Positions 58,699-64,000 of a stretch of 64,000 bases of DNA are shown here, piece by piece. The DNA lies in contig JANOAZ010000201.1 in the NCBI GenBank assembly GCA_031411395.1, positions 15,096 to 79,095 of the forward strand, written 5' to 3'. A program made the position numbers and the translations under genes. Position 1 is the first letter of the stretch, and each line of letters opens with the position of its first letter. The stretch is from Chthoniobacteraceae bacterium (GTDB lineage: Bacteria > Verrucomicrobiota > Verrucomicrobiia > Chthoniobacterales > Chthoniobacteraceae). The notes below the pieces were generated by a model. It did no database searches. It had not been told where the DNA came from and saw only the letters and a program-made list of their open reading frames with translations.

Positions 58699-61464
58699 CT
58701 ACTGCGAGACTTCCAGTCGAATGAAGCGCTTCGGATGCGCGGGATCGTCCATCAAGAAGCGATCGGAGACGGCCACCGCCCTGGCATTTCCGGTGCCGGT
58801 CTCGACAACCTCGGCGTTGGGCTCAAGAAGGACGAACGGGCCGCCATTGGCGCTGCGGGCGAGACCCTGCCACGGTCCGCTGGGGGAATCAGCAGCCTGG
58901 ACGGTGAGGACCAGGTCGTTGTGATCCAAATAGCGAGTGAAGGAAAGCCGGAGCTTTCCCGTCGGGCTTTCACCGAACTCGGGGAGAATCTCCAGTCCAG
59001 CCGCAGCGTTCACAGGATTACCGCCGAGCGTGTATTCGAGCAGGTTGACGATCCCATTTAAGTTGGGATCGGCGAAGTCTGCGGCGTCGCCCGAGTTGTT
59101 TGGGCTGCCGAAGTGCGTTTGCCGCCACGCTTCCCGGCCGGTGAGGCCGAGCGTGGTAAAGCTGCCAGTGGTGCTGTAGCTGGTGCCCACGCTGTTGGTC
59201 GCGTACGCCTTGAAAGTGTAGGCCGTGCCCGGAGTGAGGCCCGTGGCATTGACCGTGAAGACTCCGGTGGTGCCCATGCCGGGCGCAATGGTCACGCCCG
59301 TGCCGCTAAGCTGCGGGTTGGGGTTCGTTGCGGACGGGGCAAAGACCACCCCCCGCGCGGTGACTATCGAGCCGCCATCGCTGATCACATTCCCACCGAG
59401 CGTGACCGTGCTGGTACTGACACTCGCGAAGGTGGGCGTGGTGACAGTTGGGTTACTAGGTAGCGTAGTGAAGGTTTGATCCGGGGATTCGGCAGGCGGA
59501 GCGGGATCGGGGTTGGAAGATGCGTTAAATAAGGTATCGGCATTGTTGGCGATGACCTTGTAGTGATAAGTCTTCCCAGGCTGGAGGTTGCTCAGGCTGA
59601 AACCAAGCGACGTTTCGACAAACGCGTTGCTGTCGCCGGTATTCTGATCGACCACGATCGGAACTGTCTGGCTAAGAGTACTCATGCCATAGTTCGTATC
59701 CGGGCCGTAAACGACGACGGTTGAGTTGGTGTTCTGGTTGTTCAGGTCCTGATTATCATTCGGCGTCAACGGGACCGTGATCACGGCAGTGGTCGCAGTG
59801 ACGGTGCCGGCGGTGACGGTCCCAATCGAGGGCGCGAGGTTCTGAGGCTCGAGGGTCGTCAGGGCGGGGTTGGAGTAAGTCTCGGGCCGGGACGTGTTCG
59901 TCGTCCCGTTGTCTCCGCCGCCGGCAAACGCGCGCCAGTTGTATTTCTGACCCCGCGCCAGCCCCTTGATAGTGGCGGTGACGGTGACCGGAACGGAACT
60001 GAGCACCCCCGGTCGTGGAATCTCCCGTGGATTGCCTTCGACCTCATCGCCGGGGCCATAGACGGTGACCGTAGCCAGCTTTTTATTAAACGAGGTAAAG
60101 GTGGTGTTATTCGGCGGAGTATGCGGAATCCATCTTGCCTTGAGCGTCGCCGTCGTGCCGGTCACCTTGGCGATGATTCCGCCGACATCGACGGTGAAGG
60201 CCCCGGTAGTGGTGCCGGTGCCGGGCACGTGGGTAACGCCCGTGCCGCCGATCTGCGGATTGGGGTTCGTGGCGGTCGGGGCAAAGACCACCCCGCGCAC
60301 CGCGATCGCCGAGCCGTTGGCGTTGGTCACGTTGCCGCCGAGCGTGGCGCTGGTATCTACGACACTGGCGGAGGAGGGCGTGGCGGCGAGCGTGGGACCG
60401 CCCGCCGTGGTAAAGCTGCCGGCCGCGCTGTAACCGGTGCCTCCGGTGGTGGTCGCATATGCCCGAAACGTGTAGCCCGTGCCCGGCGCGAGGCCGGTAA
60501 TGGCAGGCGCCGTAAAGGTGCCGGTGGTGGTACCGATCGCGGGCACAATGATCACCTTTTCCGGATCGCCATCGATCAGCGGATTGGGGTTCGTAGCCGT
60601 CGGGGCATACACCACGCCGCGCTCGATGATCGTGGAACCGCCAGCATTGGTGACGTTGCCGCCCAGCGTAGCGCCGGGGCCGCTAATCCCGGTGGACGTG
60701 GGGCTGGCAACAGTCGGCCCGCCCGGCGTGAAGTTGGTGACGGCGCCGTAGCGAGTACCCACGCCATTGGTCGCAAAGGCTTTGAAGTTATAAGCGGTGC
60801 CCGGCGTGAGGCCGGTGGCGCTGACGGCGAAGGCGCCGGCCGTATCGCTGGTCGTGATCCTGATCACGTTTTTGTTCTCGTCTCCGATCAGCGGGTCGGG
60901 GTTCAAGGCAGTCGGAGAATAGACTACCCCCCGCGCGCTGATCCCCGCTCCGGACACCGTGCCGCCGAGCGTGTATTTGGTGTTGTCTCCGGGAACGCTG
61001 ACCGCGGTGGGCGCGGTGACCGTGGCTCCCCCCGGCGTGGTAAAGGTGCCGCTGTTACTGTAGCCGATGCCCACGCTGTTGATCGCATATGCCCGAAAGC
61101 TGTAAACCGTGCCCGGCGTTACTTCACCACCCAGCAACTCCGGCAGGGAGACCTCGAATTCCGCCAGTAGATCGCGGTCGCCATTCACGGTGAAGGTATA
61201 GCTCGCGGACGTGCTCGCCTCGAAGCCGCTCTCCGTCCAACGAGCGAACCGATATCCACTGGCCGGCGTGGCGATCACGGTGCAGTTCGAGCCGTCGGGG
61301 AAGGTGCCGTCGCCACCGGTCGTGCCATATGGAGGAGGGCTCGGCGGGTCGAAAGGCGGAGCCACGCTGGTGGTAATCGTCCCCGCTTGAAGTGCGCTTT
61401 GGCAAAAAACCAAGACGGAAACGAGCAGCGTACCCGAGGTCTGGAAGATCGAATTCATGGTCAT
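58699..61464 (-). CDS. Secreted FN3-like repeat protein with an N-terminal InlB-B-like repeat and a verrucomicrobial-type C-terminal domain
   Basis: Signal peptide; ATPASGYRFARW; LGGNV...RGVV...GLTPGTAYxFxAYA repeats; WRQTHFG...DPNLNGIVNLLEYTLG; ends RFIRLEVSQ. Confidence 0.88.
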   Translation of the reverse strand: MTMNSIFQTSGTLLVSVLVFCQSALQAGTITTSVAPPFDPPSPPPYGTTGGDGTFPDGSNCTVIATPASGYRFARWTESGFEASTSASYTFTVNGDRDLLAEFEVSLPELLGGEVTPGTVYSFRAYAINSVGIGYSNSGTFTTPGGATVTAPTAVSVPGDNTKYTLGGTVSGAGISARGVVYSPTALNPDPLIGDENKNVIRITTSDTAGAFAVSATGLTPGTAYNFKAFATNGVGTRYGAVTNFTPGGPTVASPTSTGISGPGATLGGNVTNAGGSTIIERGVVYAPTATNPNPLIDGDPEKVIIVPAIGTTTGTFTAPAITGLAPGTGYTFRAYATTTGGTGYSAAGSFTTAGGPTLAATPSSASVVDTSATLGGNVTNANGSAIAVRGVVFAPTATNPNPQIGGTGVTHVPGTGTTTGAFTVDVGGIIAKVTGTTATLKARWIPHTPPNNTTFTSFNKKLATVTVYGPGDEVEGNPREIPRPGVLSSVPVTVTATIKGLARGQKYNWRAFAGGGDNGTTNTSRPETYSNPALTTLEPQNLAPSIGTVTAGTVTATTAVITVPLTPNDNQDLNNQNTNSTVVVYGPDTNYGMSTLSQTVPIVVDQNTGDSNAFVETSLGFSLSNLQPGKTYHYKVIANNADTLFNASSNPDPAPPAESPDQTFTTLPSNPTVTTPTFASVSTSTVTLGGNVISDGGSIVTARGVVFAPSATNPNPQLSGTGVTIAPGMGTTGVFTVNATGLTPGTAYTFKAYATNSVGTSYSTTGSFTTLGLTGREAWRQTHFGSPNNSGDAADFADPNLNGIVNLLEYTLGGNPVNAAAGLEILPEFGESPTGKLRLSFTRYLDHNDLVLTVQAADSPSGPWQGLARSANGGPFVLLEPNAEVVETGTGNARAVAVSDRFLMDDPAHPKRFIRLEVSQ

Positions 61465-61635
61465 TGCCTAAGTAGGTTTATGGCCGGGTGGCGCACCGTC
61501 CATCCGGACGTGGGAATTGGAAATTTTCTATCCAGGGCGGTCCGCCGTGTCCACGGAAAAGACGCGCTGACGAAACCGGTTCAACCATCTGTGGCAGACT
61601 TGTTTGCGCCGAAAAAAGCCACTAACATCCGCCCT

Positions 61636-64000
61636 GTGAATCACGACCCCCTCCTCACCCGTTCATGGCGGCGGCTGCTTTTTTTCACGGCCCTGGCGCT
61701 CTCGCCGGACGTGTACGGCGGGGTCGTCGCGGACGCAACCCACGGTTCAGTCGTCACGCCTGCCGGAAGGGATTTCGGAATCACGGGCGGCACGAGATCG
61801 GGCGGCAATCTCTTGCACAGTTTCAGCACCTTTAGTCTCGCTGATGGCGACTCGGCGACCTTCGCCCGCATGGATGGTGTGACGAACATTCTCGCGCGCG
61901 TCACTGGGCCGGACCGTTCGGAGATTTACGGAACGATCCGCTCGACGACCCCGGGCGCGAACCTTTTCCTCATCAATCCGAAAGGCGTCCTCTTCGGTCC
62001 GAATGCGACCCTCGAAATCGACGGCTCGTTCACCGCGACCACCGCCGACTATGTGAGGCTCAACAACGGCGGCCGCTTCGACGCCAGGACACCGGCGAAC
62101 GACGTACTCACCGCGGAGCCGATCAGCGCCTTTGGCTTCCTCAATCCGAAGCCGGCGGCCATCATGCTGGACCGCGCGCAACTCGGCTCGAAGGTTGCGG
62201 GCGACCTCCATTTGGTGGGGGGCGACCTTATCTTGGGAGGCGCGGCCCTCGATGCCTCATCCAAGGTCATTACCTTGCTCAGCGTCCGCTCCTCGGGCGA
62301 GGTTGCGTTCGATCTTGCCGCGCCGGGTGCCGGCTATCGAACCGCCGCATTCAGCGCGTTTGGAAACATCGCCGTGGCGAAAAGCAGCGCGTCAGATCGT
62401 AGTTCAAGGGTGGACACCGACGGACTTGGTGGCGGCAAGGTCATCATCCGTGGAGGGACGCTCGCGATTTCCGGCAATTCCTCAATTTCCGCCAGTGCCC
62501 AAGCCGACTCTGCTAGTGCCGGCGGTGATATTACAATCCAAGTGGATAAGTTATCCGTGAGCGGGTCAACAGACGTCGGACAGAGTAAGATCGAGGTCGT
62601 TAACTCGGGGGATGGTCCCGGGGGTAATTTGCGGATTGATGCGGGCTCGGTCGCCGTTTCCGCGGGAGCGACGATCAATTGCGATGCTCGCTTTCCCGGG
62701 CTCGGCAGCGGCGGGAAGCTGACGCTCACCGTGGATGGTTCGGTGACGCTCAGCGGAGGCGGATTCAGGAAATCCACCATCTCGACCGACACCACCTCCG
62801 AGGGTGCGGGTGGCCGGCTCGAGCTGACGGCGAAATCCCTCAGCCTCACCGATAACTCAAAAATAAGCAGTGACAGGGGAGGCACCAGCACGGCAAGGGG
62901 AGGCGATCTTGATATCGCGGTGAAGGACTTTCTCAGCTTGGAAAAGGGTGGCTTCATTTCAGCCGATGTCTTTGGCACCGGGAATGCCGGGGTGATGAGC
63001 ATTACCGCGGCCAAGCTGCGGATCGAAGGCGCCGGATCGCGAGACTTTACCGGCATTCGTTCGGATGTGGCGCCCGAGATCCTTCCTGAAAATGCGGTGG
63101 ATATCACCGGCCATGGCGGCAAGGTCATGATACAGGCCGGGGAAATCTTCATTACTTCAGGCGGTGAAATTTCCGCGTCCACATACGCTCCGGGCGACGC
63201 GGGCCTGGTGGACCTGGCGGCGACGGCGAGCATGGTGCTGTCTCAGGGCGGATCCGTCGTAGTCGGCACCCAAGGCCGCGGGGCCGGGGGAACGATGCGG
63301 GTGCGGACGCCACAGTTGCTCATCGACGGAAGAACTTCGCCAGAATCCGCGGCCACCGGATTTATCGCTCAATCCAAGGATCGCGGCAGTGGCCGGGGCG
63401 GTTCAATCGAGGCGCGCGCGGACAGTCTCACGATGCTCGGCGGCGCGGTGATCGAAGCCACCACCGGCAGCGAGAACGACGCCGGTTCCGTGAGCGTGAC
63501 GGCCAATCGCATTCTACTCGACGGAACCGGCGCCTCCTTCCTTGGAAACTCCGGACTACCGCTGGCCACGGCGATCTCCGCACGGACCGTCGCGGGCGCG
63601 CCCGGCAATGGCGGAGATGTGTTCGTCACCGCACGCGATTCGATCACCCTGCGCAATCGCGGCGAGATCGAGGCGGCGACCGAAGGCGCGGGCCGTGGCG
63701 GCAACGTCACGGTGCGCGCCGGCAGCCTGTTTGCGTCCGGATCGAGCTTCGGTTTTCCCAGCGGCGTCATAGCTCGTGGAAGTGATGGCGCGCGGGGTGC
63801 GGCGGGCAGTGTCCGGGTCGAGCTTTCCGGGCGCTTGATGCTGGAACGCGGCGCGGAGATTTCCAGCAACCATCTGGGCACGGGCGCTGCCGGCAATGTG
63901 AGCGTCGTCGCGCGTGAAGGAATTTCGCTATCGAGCGGCGCGGCGCTGACTGTCGCCTCCACCGCGTCAGACGCCGGCATCCTCGCAGTCGATACTTCAA
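61636..64000 (+). CDS. Filamentous haemagglutinin N-terminal-domain (TpsA-like) protein, runs off the window end
   Basis: Manual translation from the GTG at 61636: signal peptide, then GGTRSGGNLLHSFSTFSL...NILARVTG..RSEIYGTI....ANLFLINPKGVLFGPNATL.I.GSFTATTA, followed by GxGGxI beta-helix repeats. Confidence 0.88.
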   Translation, partial: MNHDPLLTRSWRRLLFFTALALSPDVYGGVVADATHGSVVTPAGRDFGITGGTRSGGNLLHSFSTFSLADGDSATFARMDGVTNILARVTGPDRSEIYGTIRSTTPGANLFLINPKGVLFGPNATLEIDGSFTATTADYVRLNNGGRFDARTPANDVLTAEPISAFGFLNPKPAAIMLDRAQLGSKVAGDLHLVGGDLILGGAALDASSKVITLLSVRSSGEVAFDLAAPGAGYRTAAFSAFGNIAVAKSSASDRSSRVDTDGLGGGKVIIRGGTLAISGNSSISASAQADSASAGGDITIQVDKLSVSGSTDVGQSKIEVVNSGDGPGGNLRIDAGSVAVSAGATINCDARFPGLGSGGKLTLTVDGSVTLSGGGFRKSTISTDTTSEGAGGRLELTAKSLSLTDNSKISSDRGGTSTARGGDLDIAVKDFLSLEKGGFISADVFGTGNAGVMSITAAKLRIEGAGSRDFTGIRSDVAPEILPENAVDITGHGGKVMIQAGEIFITSGGEISASTYAPGDAGLVDLAATASMVLSQGGSVVVGTQGRGAGGTMRVRTPQLLIDGRTSPESAATGFIAQSKDRGSGRGGSIEARADSLTMLGGAVIEATTGSENDAGSVSVTANRILLDGTGASFLGNSGLPLATAISARTVAGAPGNGGDVFVTARDSITLRNRGEIEAATEGAGRGGNVTVRAGSLFASGSSFGFPSGVIARGSDGARGAAGSVRVELSGRLMLERGAEISSNHLGTGAAGNVSVVAREGISLSSGAALTVASTASDAGILAVDTS

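Overview
High-GC bacterial chromosome segment. The gene repertoire (sulfatases, ThuA/SGNH/ceramidase-like secreted enzymes, a prepilin-type protein, LEPR-XLL-like giant proteins) points to Verrucomicrobiota, probably Chthoniobacter/Spartobacteria-like; this is an inference. Housekeeping and metabolic genes are glcD-glcF-xseA, a GT4-glgB pair, an MFS transporter, an RlmI/K-like methyltransferase, an HDAC plus acyl-CoA ligase pair, rpmE-prfA, tRNA-Ser(CGA) and tRNA-Arg(CCT). They are interspersed with about 32 kb of surface-protein genes: two giant proteins (3608 and 4494 aa), a signal-peptide-bearing TPR-CHAT protease with an intact His/Cys dyad, an FN3-like repeat protein and a partial filamentous-haemagglutinin (TpsA) gene. 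Main leads: (1) the two giant proteins share an N-terminal leader (MIPxN...LExR) and a similar C-terminal tail, suggesting a common export route; (2) a 216-aa coiled-coil/hydrophobic-hairpin insert resembling a pore-forming module sits inside one beta-repeat of the 3608-aa protein; (3) an exported caspase-like protease lies among the adhesins; (4) a circularly permuted three-repeat block is nested inside an FN3 domain; (5) a candidate sigma54-driven sRNA of about 83 nt; (6) many intergenic hairpin elements built from 6-, 7- or 10-bp tandem repeats, one of which lies in-frame in glcF. No CRISPR array, rRNA, integrase or transposase was recognised. All family assignments come from reading motifs by eye, not from database searches.
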